From a virus, in IMG/VR virus record IMGVR_UViG_2974791491_000001, positions 5,026 through 69,025 of that record: a stretch of DNA of 64,000 nt; one strand, written 5' to 3'. Made by a program: the position numbers and the translations under genes. The number at the start of each line of letters is the position of its first letter. The stretch's first letter is position 1. Below the pieces are notes generated by a model, which made no database searches, was not told the DNA's origin, and saw only the letters and a program-made list of their open reading frames with translations. Below, piece after piece: positions 18,993-28,062 of the stretch.

Positions 18993-20631
18993 TGGTTCTG
19001 TGAATTTCCCGTCTGGCGCTTTCCCTGTTGGTGCTGGCGGTGCGGCTCGTGCCCCGTTTGAGGGGCGTACTGAGTCTGCGGTTAAGGGGCTGCTTAAGAC
19101 GGATCACAAGCCTGAGATTGATGAGGCGTTCTCGGGTTTCAATTCGGGCCTTGTGGGTGTGTTGCAGCGCGTCCTTATGGGGACGGGGACGGGGCCGCTG
19201 ACGGCCGGCTTGGCGTGGTTGCGGGATCTGATGAAGAACCGCTGGGACCAGGTTGATGAGACTCAAGAGTCTGTGGTGTCGGTGGGCACTCAGGTGCACT
19301 ACGTGCAGGAAGTTATCGCCTTGCAGTCCGGTATGGGCGTGTGGGAGACGGGGCCGGATCGCACTGGCACACCGAGCTTCCCGTTCGGTCTGCTAAATCT
19401 CACGGTGCCGTCTATCTCGGTGTCGGTGAGCGGTGGCTCACACAGCCACAATGTCACTGGCAGCACGGGCAATGCGACCGCTGGCGGGGATAGCCACAAT
19501 CACAGCGCGGGGTCGCTGAGCGCGAGTAGCACTAACTCGACGCACTCGCATACCGCGACGGTGGACGTCAACTCGTCTGTCCCCACGGTGAATGTGACCA
19601 GCTCGTATGCTCCCTGGGCTAACGTCATCTTCAAGTCGGCCGCTGAGCGCAAGGTCATCACCTTCCTCGCTTACCGCACCGGCACTGTGTCTAGCTTCAA
19701 TATCGACGTCTACAAGCTTGAGGCTGACGGTTCGTCGAGCATTGTCTATTCGTCTCCGGATCTGTCGGGCAACCTGACGGGCGCTATCGGCTGGCAGCAG
19801 CACCTTATGTCGGGGTCGATTCTCGCTGACCTTGGTGACGCTTACGATGTGCAGTTCCGCATGACGGGTTCGGGCTCTGTTTCGCTGGCCGGGATTAACT
19901 TCCCTAATCCCACTCCCCTGCCTGGCTTCCGGCCTTATGCGTCGGGATCTGCGCGCAATGCTTCCACCACTCCTGCACCCGCCACAATTCCTACGGCTAC
20001 GCGGGACACCATGTATGTCGGTCCTACGCCGTTCGTGTCTATCGGCATTGATGTGGGGCAGACGACGATTCCGCGGTTCGTTTTCGACGACTTCAACCGT
20101 GCAGCGCTTGGCAATGTGTGGATTCCTTACGGGTCTATCGGGATCAGTAGCAATCGTGTCACTCACACGGGTAGCGCTCTCGTTAACAACTCGTCTGCTG
20201 CTATGCGGTCTCAACCGATGGCTACAGATGCAATCGAGGTGGCTGCGGATCTGTTCGTTGATACGCATGCTGCGGGTATCGGATTGTGCTGCGGGCAGGG
20301 AATGACCGGTGGCGCTTGGCTTGTGGTCGAGGACAACGACAGCGAGTACCGGGGCATCCGGATCATGACCGGCAATTACGACAACCGTGTGGCTCGCGCT
20401 TCGCTTCCTGGGACTCCGGTTTCGGGCCGATACACGTTGCGCTACACGCCTTCCGATAACACCTATCGGGCTTATGCGGGGGCGTCGACTACCGAGCCGA
20501 TCCTGTCGTGGGTGGATAGCGGGAACGTTGTTCAGCACGGCATTGGTCGTCGCTGGGTCGGAATGGTCACTCGTCGCGCGTTCACGTTCGCTTCGGGCCG
20601 TATTGACAACTTCACTGCCGCTGACGTGTGA
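18979..20631 (+). CDS. minor tail protein with His/Ser-rich repeat segment
   Basis: Start placed at ATG 18979 (GGAGG 9 nt upstream). Contains HSHNVTGSTGNATAGGDSHNHSAGSLSASSTNSTHSHTA. Confidence 0.45.
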   Translation: MLVPSGSVNFPSGAFPVGAGGAARAPFEGRTESAVKGLLKTDHKPEIDEAFSGFNSGLVGVLQRVLMGTGTGPLTAGLAWLRDLMKNRWDQVDETQESVVSVGTQVHYVQEVIALQSGMGVWETGPDRTGTPSFPFGLLNLTVPSISVSVSGGSHSHNVTGSTGNATAGGDSHNHSAGSLSASSTNSTHSHTATVDVNSSVPTVNVTSSYAPWANVIFKSAAERKVITFLAYRTGTVSSFNIDVYKLEADGSSSIVYSSPDLSGNLTGAIGWQQHLMSGSILADLGDAYDVQFRMTGSGSVSLAGINFPNPTPLPGFRPYASGSARNASTTPAPATIPTATRDTMYVGPTPFVSIGIDVGQTTIPRFVFDDFNRAALGNVWIPYGSIGISSNRVTHTGSALVNNSSAAMRSQPMATDAIEVAADLFVDTHAAGIGLCCGQGMTGGAWLVVEDNDSEYRGIRIMTGNYDNRVARASLPGTPVSGRYTLRYTPSDNTYRAYAGASTTEPILSWVDSGNVVQHGIGRRWVGMVTRRAFTFASGRIDNFTAADV

Positions 20632-20660
20632 GCGGTTTCTAAGCGTTAGGAGGTAGCTGT

Positions 20661-20969
20661 ATGGCGAACCTTGGTTATGACCCGCTTAAGGGCAAGCTGA
20701 TTCTTAGCAATGGTGCTGATTGGGTGTGCACATTGCAGACCGGCGAAGTGTGGCCGGCCGGTACCGAGGTGTGGGTGCAGGTTGGGGACCTAGATCCCTG
20801 GAATGCATCCGTCACCGAAGCGACTGGCACTGCGGCGTTCCGCGTGGAGTCGACGATCACCGACACGGTCGAGGACAAGACCCCGTACACCATCTACTTG
20901 CGTTTCCCTGGCTCTCCTTCCACTGAGTATGCGTGGTTCGAGGACCAGGTTCGGCGCACCCGGAAGTGA
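20661..20969 (+). CDS. hypothetical protein in tail block
   Basis: 102 aa ORF with GGAGG upstream. Confidence 0.3.
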   Translation: MANLGYDPLKGKLILSNGADWVCTLQTGEVWPAGTEVWVQVGDLDPWNASVTEATGTAAFRVESTITDTVEDKTPYTIYLRFPGSPSTEYAWFEDQVRRTRK

Positions 20970-20977
20970 GGATCTAG

Positions 20978-22420
20978 ATGACTTTCCTTTCGGGGACTGT
21001 GAATGTGACGTCTCCTGGCGCTCCACCTAAGAACGTTCGGGGTCCTGGTGGCGGTTCGGTGAAGGTTTCGCCTGCCGCCCCAGGCCCTCAGGGGCCTCCG
21101 GGTGACAAGGGTGACCCCGGCCCGCCTGGTGGTGTTCCGGTGCAGTCGGGCAACAACCGGCTGTATGCGAATGACGGCTCTGGCAATCCGACTACGATCC
21201 CGTTCTCGTCTGCGGCTACGGCTCAGACGGCGGTGTATCGGACGACTGGGGGTGTGACGAACTTCGGTGAGCCGTCGGCCCCTTCGCATGCGGCGACTAA
21301 GAACTATGTGGACGTCAGCTTGGCGTCCAAGGTGGATACGTCTGATGCGCGGCTGTCTGATGCGCGGCCGTTGAGGATGATTGACGTCTCTACGAGCGTG
21401 GCTACGGGCACTGCGGCCAAGACGGTGACTGGGACCGCCCCGGTTGCGGGCGACATGGTGATGCTGCGGCTGCCTAACGGCAACACGGTGGCTAATCCGA
21501 CTGTGTCGTTCAATGGTGCTGCGGCTATTCCGATCCGTCCGGGCAATCAGACGAGTCCGGTGTCTACGTCGGTGGCGATCACTGCTGGCGGTTTGATGCT
21601 GCTCTACTACGACGGCACGGCGTTGCAGCTCATTAGCTCGACGACCCCTCCGACTGAGATTCCAGATGCGGAGATTGTGGCTGGTACGGCTACGGCTTCC
21701 CGGTATATCACTGGCCGGCGTACGGCCACGATTATCAACCAGGCCCGCTCGGGTGTTGAGCTGCAATCCAATAAGGGTGCAGCTAATGGTTATGCGTCGC
21801 TGGATGCTGGTGGCAAGGTTCCGATTTCTCAGCTTCCGTCTTCGTTGATGGAGTATCTGGGTGTGTGGAATGCGTCCACTAACAGTCCGACGCTGGCTAA
21901 CGGTACGGGCAATGTGGGTGACGTTTATCGGGTTACGAGTGGCGGTACGCGCAATCTTGGTGCGGGCAATATCACGTTTGATGTGGGTGACTATGTCATC
22001 TACAACGGCACGGTGTGGGAGAAGTCTGATACCACGGATGCTGTCGCTAGCGTGGCCGGTAAGACTGGTGTCGTCACACTGAATAAGAACGATGTTGGCC
22101 TGTCCAATGTCGATAACACTTCGGACCTAGCTAAGCCTGTTAGTACTGCCACCCAGACCGCTTTGAACGGCAAGGTGAATGTCCTGCCGACTCCCTGGCA
22201 GCTTTATGCAACCGACGCGGCCGGCCTGACGGGCATGCAGTATTCGGCTAACGACTGGGCGGCATGGACGATTGTGCAGCGCGGCGATGGCGGCGTGGTC
22301 AAGACTGGCACTCCGGTAGCCGACAACGACTCGGCCACTAAGGCTTATGTTGATAGCAAAATCGTGTTCGGACCTCTGCCTGCTACTGGGCAGACTGGCG
22401 TCTTGTATGTGGTGCCCTGA
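20978..22420 (+). CDS. minor tail protein with collagen-like Gly-X-Y segment (tail fibre-like)
   Basis: GPQGPPGDKGDPGPPGG near N-terminus; 480 aa. Confidence 0.55.
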   Translation: MTFLSGTVNVTSPGAPPKNVRGPGGGSVKVSPAAPGPQGPPGDKGDPGPPGGVPVQSGNNRLYANDGSGNPTTIPFSSAATAQTAVYRTTGGVTNFGEPSAPSHAATKNYVDVSLASKVDTSDARLSDARPLRMIDVSTSVATGTAAKTVTGTAPVAGDMVMLRLPNGNTVANPTVSFNGAAAIPIRPGNQTSPVSTSVAITAGGLMLLYYDGTALQLISSTTPPTEIPDAEIVAGTATASRYITGRRTATIINQARSGVELQSNKGAANGYASLDAGGKVPISQLPSSLMEYLGVWNASTNSPTLANGTGNVGDVYRVTSGGTRNLGAGNITFDVGDYVIYNGTVWEKSDTTDAVASVAGKTGVVTLNKNDVGLSNVDNTSDLAKPVSTATQTALNGKVNVLPTPWQLYATDAAGLTGMQYSANDWAAWTIVQRGDGGVVKTGTPVADNDSATKAYVDSKIVFGPLPATGQTGVLYVVP

Positions 22421-23130
22421 TGAAGACTTGGAATGGGTCCGCATTCACAGATCCGGCGTTTCGTTGGTGGAATGGTTCTGCGTATGTTGAGCCGGCCGCT
22501 ATCTACGAATGGGATGGTGCGACGTTCGTTCGTCGATTCCCGGCTTACCAGGAGTCGATTCACCAATTCACTTCTACCGGCTCGTCGAGCCTGCCGATCC
22601 CGTCGTGGGCTCGGTACGCCGATGTGGCTGTGATCGGTGGCGGCGGTGGCGGCGGTGGTCGTGGGTCGTTCACTACGAACATCGGCAAGGGCGGCAACGC
22701 TTCCGTGTGGAATGCGTCCACGTTCGATCTGCTCGGTAACACTGCCACGTCTGTGTTGGTGACTGTCGGCTCCGGTGGAGCTGCGGGGCCTAACGGTAGC
22801 CCTTACAACGGTTCTGCGGGTGGTACGTCGTCTGTGGCGCTCAACAACAACCCGACCAACCTGTTCTCGTCTGCTGGCGGTGCTGGCGGGCAGGGGCAGA
22901 CTGGTGCGCCGGTCACGCCTGGTGGCTCGTCTGCGGGCATTACGACCCCGTTTGGCATCACGTTGCCTGGCGGTACGGGCGGTGCTGGCGGTACGGGTTC
23001 GATCGCTCCGACCGACGGCGAGGCTCCGGGAGCTGGCGGTGGTGGTGCTGGTGGCGGTGCTGTGAATCCGTCTCGTGCTGGTGGTGTCGGCGGTGTCGGC
23101 CGCGTGTATGTCCGCTTCCGGACTGGCTAA
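22420..23130 (+). CDS. glycine-rich minor tail protein
   Basis: GGGGGGGGRGS and many GGAGG/GGTG tracts; ATGA overlap with previous gene. Confidence 0.5.
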   Translation: MKTWNGSAFTDPAFRWWNGSAYVEPAAIYEWDGATFVRRFPAYQESIHQFTSTGSSSLPIPSWARYADVAVIGGGGGGGGRGSFTTNIGKGGNASVWNASTFDLLGNTATSVLVTVGSGGAAGPNGSPYNGSAGGTSSVALNNNPTNLFSSAGGAGGQGQTGAPVTPGGSSAGITTPFGITLPGGTGGAGGTGSIAPTDGEAPGAGGGGAGGGAVNPSRAGGVGGVGRVYVRFRTG

Positions 23131-23174
23131 GTATTTCTTTTCCCCTTCGGGGGTTATTCCTTAAGGGGTTTTTC

Positions 23175-23894
23175 ATGCGCAAAAAGACTCTCCCTTACAC
23201 TGCTTCGATCATCATGCAGGACACCTATTACTGGTGTGGTCCTGCCACGGTCCAGAATATCGCCTCGTCTCGCAAGTTTATTGCCGAACCGGCGTTGGCT
23301 AAGGAGATGGGGACGACCACGAATGGTACGAACCATATTGGGTTGCTCGCTAAGGCCCTGAATAAGCATTTGGGTGTCTTGTTTGCCACGGTGCTTATTG
23401 GTGGTGCTGATGCCACGGTTAAGCAGCGGGACAAGTTGTGGGCGGATCTCAAGGCGTCTGTTGATGGCGGTTATGGCGTTGCTATGAACTGGGTTGCTCC
23501 TCCGAATGGATACCCTAAGGGTGTTCTGGGGTCGCGTAATCCGTCTTATGGTGGCGGCACTGTCTATCACTATGTGGCGGCTATGGGGTATGCCGAGGAG
23601 AACGGTAAGCGTTATGTGCTGATCGTGGATTCGGGGTTCTCGCCGTACAGCTATTGGGTGACGCTCGAACAGTGCGCGACGCTGATCGCGGGCAAGGGCT
23701 ACGCCTATGCGGTGGTGCCTGCTCGTGACGAGCTTGAGGCTAAGCCGGTTACCGATTTCGTTAAGGCGTTCTTGGGGCCGTTGGCTTCGGACGTCAAGGA
23801 CATTCGGGGCCAGTTGGTTACTGCTTGGAAGCAGCTCGGGGGCCGCACGGTCGTGGACGGGCTGGCTGATACGCGGAGGTTGCTCGGTGGTTGA
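23175..23894 (+). CDS. endolysin component: cysteine-peptidase-like domain plus C-terminal repeat module
   Basis: YYWCGPATVQ papain/C39-like Cys motif; C-terminal module DFVKAFLGPLASDVKDIRGQL..DGLADTR repeated in the next gene. Confidence 0.5.
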   Translation: MRKKTLPYTASIIMQDTYYWCGPATVQNIASSRKFIAEPALAKEMGTTTNGTNHIGLLAKALNKHLGVLFATVLIGGADATVKQRDKLWADLKASVDGGYGVAMNWVAPPNGYPKGVLGSRNPSYGGGTVYHYVAAMGYAEENGKRYVLIVDSGFSPYSYWVTLEQCATLIAGKGYAYAVVPARDELEAKPVTDFVKAFLGPLASDVKDIRGQLVTAWKQLGGRTVVDGLADTRRLLGG

Positions 23895-24702
23895 GTCTTC
23901 GATCACCCGGACGCAGATATCGCCGAACAAGCACTACGGGGGCCGGGACGTCGACTGGGTTGTGATCCACACCCAGGAGGGCAATGGGCGGGCGCGGGAT
24001 ATTATCCCGTTCCTGTGCAACCCGGCGTCCGAGGTCTCCTATAACGCGGTTGTTGACGATGTGGAGTCGGTGCTTGTTGTGCCGTGGGACGCCAATCCGT
24101 GGGCGGCGATGAACGCCAACACGAGGGGCGACCACCTGTTGTCGGCCGGCTCTTTCGCTAAGTGGTCTAAGGCTAAGTGGCTTGAGATTGATGCGCGGGA
24201 CGGCAAGAACGAGAACGCGCAGATGGATCGGCTGGCGTTGTTGACGGCGTGGCGGTGCAAGGTTCGGGGTATTCCCCCGGTGTATGTGGGCGGCAAGGGC
24301 CGTCCTTCTAAGCCCGGTATTTGCGGGCATGTCGACTTTGGGGCTTGGGGCGGTGGTCATACCGATCCTGGGCCGAACTTTCCCTGGATCGAGTTTATCT
24401 CCCGTGTTCAGGGCTTCTACTACGGTGAGGATTTTGATATGGCCGCTAAGGATGAGGTTATCGACTTCATTAAGGGCTTCGTTGGGCCGATCGTGTCCGA
24501 CGTTAAGGACATTCGTCAGCAGCTCACGGGTGGCCGTGACTATGGCGAGTATCCGGGCTGGAAGCAGCTCGGGCAGAACGCTAAGGGCGAGAACTTCACG
24601 ATTGTTGATTCGTTGGCGGATACCCGTCAGCGGGTGATCGGTTTGGTGGATCTTGTTAAGGGTTTGGAGGCGCGGGTCTCCAAGTTGGAAGGTGGTAAGT
24701 GA
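23887..24702 (+). CDS. endolysin component: N-acetylmuramoyl-L-alanine amidase (PGRP/amidase_2-like) plus the same C-terminal module
   Basis: GTG 23887 with GGAGG 7 nt upstream. VIHTQEGNG..GICGHVDFGAWGGGHTDPGPNFPW amidase_2-like motifs. C-terminal DFIKGFVGPIVSDVKDIRQQL..DSLADTR. Confidence 0.55.
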   Translation: MVESSITRTQISPNKHYGGRDVDWVVIHTQEGNGRARDIIPFLCNPASEVSYNAVVDDVESVLVVPWDANPWAAMNANTRGDHLLSAGSFAKWSKAKWLEIDARDGKNENAQMDRLALLTAWRCKVRGIPPVYVGGKGRPSKPGICGHVDFGAWGGGHTDPGPNFPWIEFISRVQGFYYGEDFDMAAKDEVIDFIKGFVGPIVSDVKDIRQQLTGGRDYGEYPGWKQLGQNAKGENFTIVDSLADTRQRVIGLVDLVKGLEARVSKLEGGK

Positions 24703-24932
24703 TGGCTACTCAGGTTGAGCATCCTCGTCGGGCTGTTGTTCGGACGGTGTTTCAGGTTGTGATTGCCTTGGCGGCTGCGCTGCCCCTCATTGTTGTGGCG
24801 TCGGGTGTTCCGGCGACTGCTGCTGGTGTGGGTGTGGCGTTGGCTGTTGCGGCTGGTGTTACTCGGGTGATGGCGCTGCCCGTGGTCAATGATCTGATTG
24901 ACCAGTATGTGCCTTGGTTGCGCACTGAGTGA
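24699..24932 (+). CDS. holin
   Basis: 77 aa, two predicted transmembrane segments, directly after the endolysin genes with ATGA overlap. Confidence 0.5.
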   Translation: MMATQVEHPRRAVVRTVFQVVIALAAALPLIVVASGVPATAAGVGVALAVAAGVTRVMALPVVNDLIDQYVPWLRTE

Positions 24933-25303
24933 TTGAGCAAGTTGATCTGACGAGTGGTGGATGGTCCTCGATCATTCTGGTTGTGGGGTTTTTCTTCGCG
25001 GCTTTGGCTTCGGGGTTCATCCACTACTTGTACAAGAAGACGTCTCGTCTTCAAGCTGACTACGAGTCCTTGCGCCTGGACATGGAGAAGCTTAAGGAAG
25101 AGTCGCGGAAGCAGGAAGAGCGGCACCGGCAGGACCGGGAGAGCGACTACCGCATGATTAACCGGTTGCAGAACTTCATTGTGGACTTGCAGGTGTATGC
25201 GGCCCGCTTGCGGGGCATGCTGGCTGAGAAGGGCCAGGCGTCTCCTGCGCCTCCCGTGTTGGATGATGTTGACCTTGACCCTAAGGAACTGGTTACCCCT
25301 TAA
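24929..25303 (+). CDS. lysis-associated membrane/coiled-coil protein
   Basis: N-terminal transmembrane segment then charged coiled-coil region; GTGA overlap with holin. Confidence 0.35.
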   Translation: MIEQVDLTSGGWSSIILVVGFFFAALASGFIHYLYKKTSRLQADYESLRLDMEKLKEESRKQEERHRQDRESDYRMINRLQNFIVDLQVYAARLRGMLAEKGQASPAPPVLDDVDLDPKELVTP

Positions 25304-25310
25304 CGCAGAA

Positions 25311-25354
25311 CACCCCCTAGATGGCCCTGAGTGGCTTTCTAGGGGGTGTTTTTG
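25311..25354. terminator. bidirectional intrinsic terminator between late operon and leftward cassette
   Basis: CACCCCCTAG / CTAGGGGGTG 10-bp perfect stem, 18-nt loop, then TTTTTG; sits between convergent genes. Confidence 0.6.
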
Positions 25355-25458
25355 TCGTCTGCGGGACTCTGTGAGAGGGCGTCCCCAAGGGCGGCGAAAC
25401 GGGAGCTAACCGGATGCGGTGCCGCGCCTTGGAGACTGTTGCCTAGCCTAGCAGACGA

Positions 25459-25827
25459 CTAGCTTGCGTTGGCTGCCTCGTTGGCTTCGTATGCCTCCAT
25501 GATGTGCTTGGGGATACGGCCCTTCTCCGACACGGTGTAGCCGTTGTTGTTGGCCCATTCGCGGATCGCGGTGAGGTTGTGGCCGCTGGTGTCCGAGGCC
25601 GGCTTCGCGGGCTTGCTACCCCCGACCTTGGGTGCGCGGCCGACCTTGGTGGCCTTGTTGATCCACTTGTCCATGTCCTTGTAGAACCGGTCCTGGTTGG
25701 CGGCTCGGAGGTCGAGCTGGTAGGCGGTGCCGTTGACGACGAAGGGGACGGGCGACCATTCCTCGTCGGGGTTGATGAGCTTGCCATCGTAGTCGTCGGT
25801 GATTTCGAGTACTTCCTTGCGGGACAT
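25459..25827 (-). CDS. lsr2: Lsr2-like nucleoid-associated protein
   Basis: Lsr2-like dimerisation N-terminus plus C-terminal ..LTAIREWANNNGYTVSEKGRIPKHIMEAYE (RGR/AT-hook-like DNA-binding motif). Confidence 0.65.
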   Translation of the reverse strand: MSRKEVLEITDDYDGKLINPDEEWSPVPFVVNGTAYQLDLRAANQDRFYKDMDKWINKATKVGRAPKVGGSKPAKPASDTSGHNLTAIREWANNNGYTVSEKGRIPKHIMEAYEANEAANAS

Positions 25828-25836
25828 AGTCCTACC

Positions 25837-26127
25837 TCATTTCTTCATCTGTGCGGCTGCTTGGAACCATGAGTCTCTACGTTGGCGTTCGAGGCTAGCG
25901 TAGGTGAGGGCTTCGGCCTCTGTTCCACCCGCGTCTCGGATCTTCTGAACATCTGCTTGGTGCTGTGCTTCGGTGCCAGCGGCGACGAGCTTGAAGAATC
26001 CGATGAGGATGGTTACGGCGATCGTGAGGAATCCGAGGCCGGCCAGTGCGTTGACGTCTGCGACTACGCCGATGATGGCGGACGCGACTCCCAGGACGAA
26101 TGCGATAAGGGTCTTCATGCTCGGCAC
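25837..26127 (-). CDS. small membrane protein
   Basis: 96 aa with two hydrophobic helices; part of the leftward cassette. Confidence 0.35.
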   Translation of the reverse strand: MPSMKTLIAFVLGVASAIIGVVADVNALAGLGFLTIAVTILIGFFKLVAAGTEAQHQADVQKIRDAGGTEAEALTYASLERQRRDSWFQAAAQMKK

Positions 26128-26139
26128 CTTAACACCTGG

Positions 26140-26529
26140 TTAGGGCTTAAGGCCGAGGGTTTCCCTCAGCTCCGTCACGGCCACGTGATAGCCGTACCGT
26201 TCACCTTCGTTGTCCACGACCTCCGGGTAGGGCATGTCGAGGAACTTCTTGACCTGGTCGAGGGTGGTTTGCTGACCGGTCTTGAGCAGGTGAAAGTGGA
26301 TGCCGACGAGGAATCCGTCCACGAACATCGCGGCCATTCGTGACCCGGTTTCCGAGGTCAACGGGTCTCTGTCGCCGGTGATTCGTGCGACTCGTTCGCT
26401 GGCGGTCTGGATCAGGGCCGGCATGTCGACGTGTTCGCTGATCGCTTCGACGAGTTCTGGGTTACTGCCCGGTGGTGGGCTGTTGGTGCACTGCTTTAGC
26501 CACCACACGTCTGCGCTTTGGTCGCTCAT
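26140..26529 (-). CDS. hypothetical protein (leftward cassette)
   Basis: 129 aa ORF with good codon bias. Confidence 0.35.
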   Translation of the reverse strand: MSDQSADVWWLKQCTNSPPPGSNPELVEAISEHVDMPALIQTASERVARITGDRDPLTSETGSRMAAMFVDGFLVGIHFHLLKTGQQTTLDQVKKFLDMPYPEVVDNEGERYGYHVAVTELRETLGLKP

Positions 26530-26652
26530 GGTGTTGCTCCCGTTTGGTTGGTGTTGGGGGGAAGTCCCGTCACCAACAATACACAGGGAACGTATCGAGC
26601 GCTACTCGATAAAGAAATTTCTTTTGAAGACTTTTAAGCGGGGGCTTAGCGC

Positions 26653-27381
26653 TTAGCTGTTGTCTTCGGTTTCGGTAAGCCACTCCGGGGGTACGGTCTC
26701 CGGGATGATGAGGGGCTTTGCGAACTTGCGGTACGAGATATGAGCGGCCATGTAGGTGCACACGCTGATGACGACGGCTGCGGTGACGTTGAGGGCGTGC
26801 AGTTTCAGGCTGTCGCTGATGCAGGGGAAGATGGCGGCGACGAGGTGCAGGAGGGAGCCGACGGCCCAGGAGAAGCCGGTGATCCGGTAGTAGTGGGCGG
26901 CTTTCCGGTTGACGCTTCCGGGTGGGGTGATGCACACAATTTGGCCGGCCGCTTGGCAGATGATTGCGGCGTAGTAGGTGACGACCACGGTTAGTGCGAG
27001 TTGGTTGAGTACGTCGAGGTTGTTGGCGTAGGCAATCCATGAGATGGCGACTGCGATTTGTGCTGATCGTTCGGTGCGGATGCGTTCGGTGCGGGATAGT
27101 GCGCCGATGGCGGCGAGCATGTGGATGGACAGGGTGGCGGTGCCGACTACGACGAGCGTTGCGCCGATCTGGTAGTTGAGCTGGTGCCCGCCGAGCAATC
27201 GGTCGAGTGCAGTTACGGGTGGTGAGAAGAGGAGCCACGCCAAGGTTGTGGCGATGAGAGACAGGGTGAGCCAGCAGCAGTGGTTGGACTTGAGCCATCG
27301 TCTGCGCTGGATGAGTGCGGCTGCGCCTGCGGCGACGGGGAGTGCGGTAAGACCCGCGACGGCAAGGGACGTCAATGTCAC
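26653..27381 (-). CDS. polytopic integral membrane protein
   Basis: 242 aa, 6-7 hydrophobic helices; the overlapping minus-frame ORF 26570..27298 is Arg/His/Pro-rich noise. Confidence 0.45.
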   Translation of the reverse strand: MTLTSLAVAGLTALPVAAGAAALIQRRRWLKSNHCCWLTLSLIATTLAWLLFSPPVTALDRLLGGHQLNYQIGATLVVVGTATLSIHMLAAIGALSRTERIRTERSAQIAVAISWIAYANNLDVLNQLALTVVVTYYAAIICQAAGQIVCITPPGSVNRKAAHYYRITGFSWAVGSLLHLVAAIFPCISDSLKLHALNVTAAVVISVCTYMAAHISYRKFAKPLIIPETVPPEWLTETEDNS

Positions 27382-27539
27382 GGCGGTGTTCTCTTCTTTA
27401 GAAGCTGCGAGGGGAGGTGGTGATGCAAAAACACCCAGACCGGTGGTTTCCAGCCTGGGTGTCCGAGGGGAGGAATTGCGGTGTGGCGGTGAGGTTATCG
27501 CGCCTGGTGGGCGTGATGTTACAGCGGTGTTACGGAAGC

Positions 27540-27950
27540 TTAGAGCTGGTAGCCGTGTTCTACGGCGGCGTCAGTTCTCTTCCGTGTCGCGGTGGTCCCC
27601 CTCCCCGTCGTGCTGTGGGGAGAAAAATCCTCGTCCTCGCTGTCGAGCAGGTCGACGGCTTCGCGGAGCGCGGATTTCTTCCCGTAGCCCATCTCCACTA
27701 ATGCCTCGAACGGGTTGAGCCCGAAGTGGTTCATGGCCCGCATGACTTGGTCGGCGCTGATGGTGCCGTTGTCGCGGTGGACGGTGTACTGGGATCGGCC
27801 GAGGCCGACGGCTTCGGCTGCCTCTCCGACGGTGACCCTTCGGTCGAGCTTGTAGTGCGCGTATGCCTCGACGCTCATCCTTCGTTTTTTCCTCATGAAA
27901 CCGAGCTTACTGCACGGTAAGCCGCACAACAAGTCCGGATTTTCGGACAA
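27540..27950 (-). CDS. HTH DNA-binding protein, candidate immunity repressor (true start probably ATG 27878 or 27896)
   Basis: ..VTVGEAAEAVGLGRSQYTVHRDNG.. HTH. Track start is TTG; the internal ATG 27878 has GAGGAA upstream and would leave the operator palindrome intergenic. Confidence 0.5.
   Translation of the reverse strand: MSENPDLLCGLPCSKLGFMRKKRRMSVEAYAHYKLDRRVTVGEAAEAVGLGRSQYTVHRDNGTISADQVMRAMNHFGLNPFEALVEMGYGKKSALREAVDLLDSEDEDFSPHSTTGRGTTATRKRTDAAVEHGYQL
27933..27948. promoter_or_regulatory. operator-like palindrome GTCCGGATTTTCGGAC
   Basis: GTCCG-N6-CGGAC inverted repeat between divergent HTH genes. Confidence 0.4.
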
Positions 27951-28035
27951 TTTTGGGTCATGTTGTGTGGCTCACAAAACGGCCCGTGACCTGCGGTTTA
28001 CCTTCTCGTAACCCATCCGGCCGGCAGGACCAGCT

Positions 28036-28051
28036 GTCCGAAATTCCGGAC
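28036..28051. promoter_or_regulatory. operator-like palindrome GTCCGAAATTCCGGAC (half-site repeat GCCGGACAG at 28065-28074)
   Basis: Second copy of GTCCG-N6-CGGAC; a third half-site overlaps the start of the Cro-like gene. Confidence 0.4.
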
Positions 28052-28062
28052 AGGTTGCTTGT

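Noticed and set aside
19438-20538. 366-aa minus-strand ORF within the minor tail gene
   Set aside because: Antisense artefact; Arg-rich translation.
22600-23100. Gly-codon repeats (GGTGGCGGCGGTGG)
   Set aside because: Coding low complexity of the Gly-rich tail fibre protein, not a regulatory repeat.
26570-27298. Alternative minus-frame ORF overlapping the polytopic membrane protein gene
   Set aside because: Translation is Arg/His/Pro-rich; the other frame gives a convincing multi-helix membrane protein.
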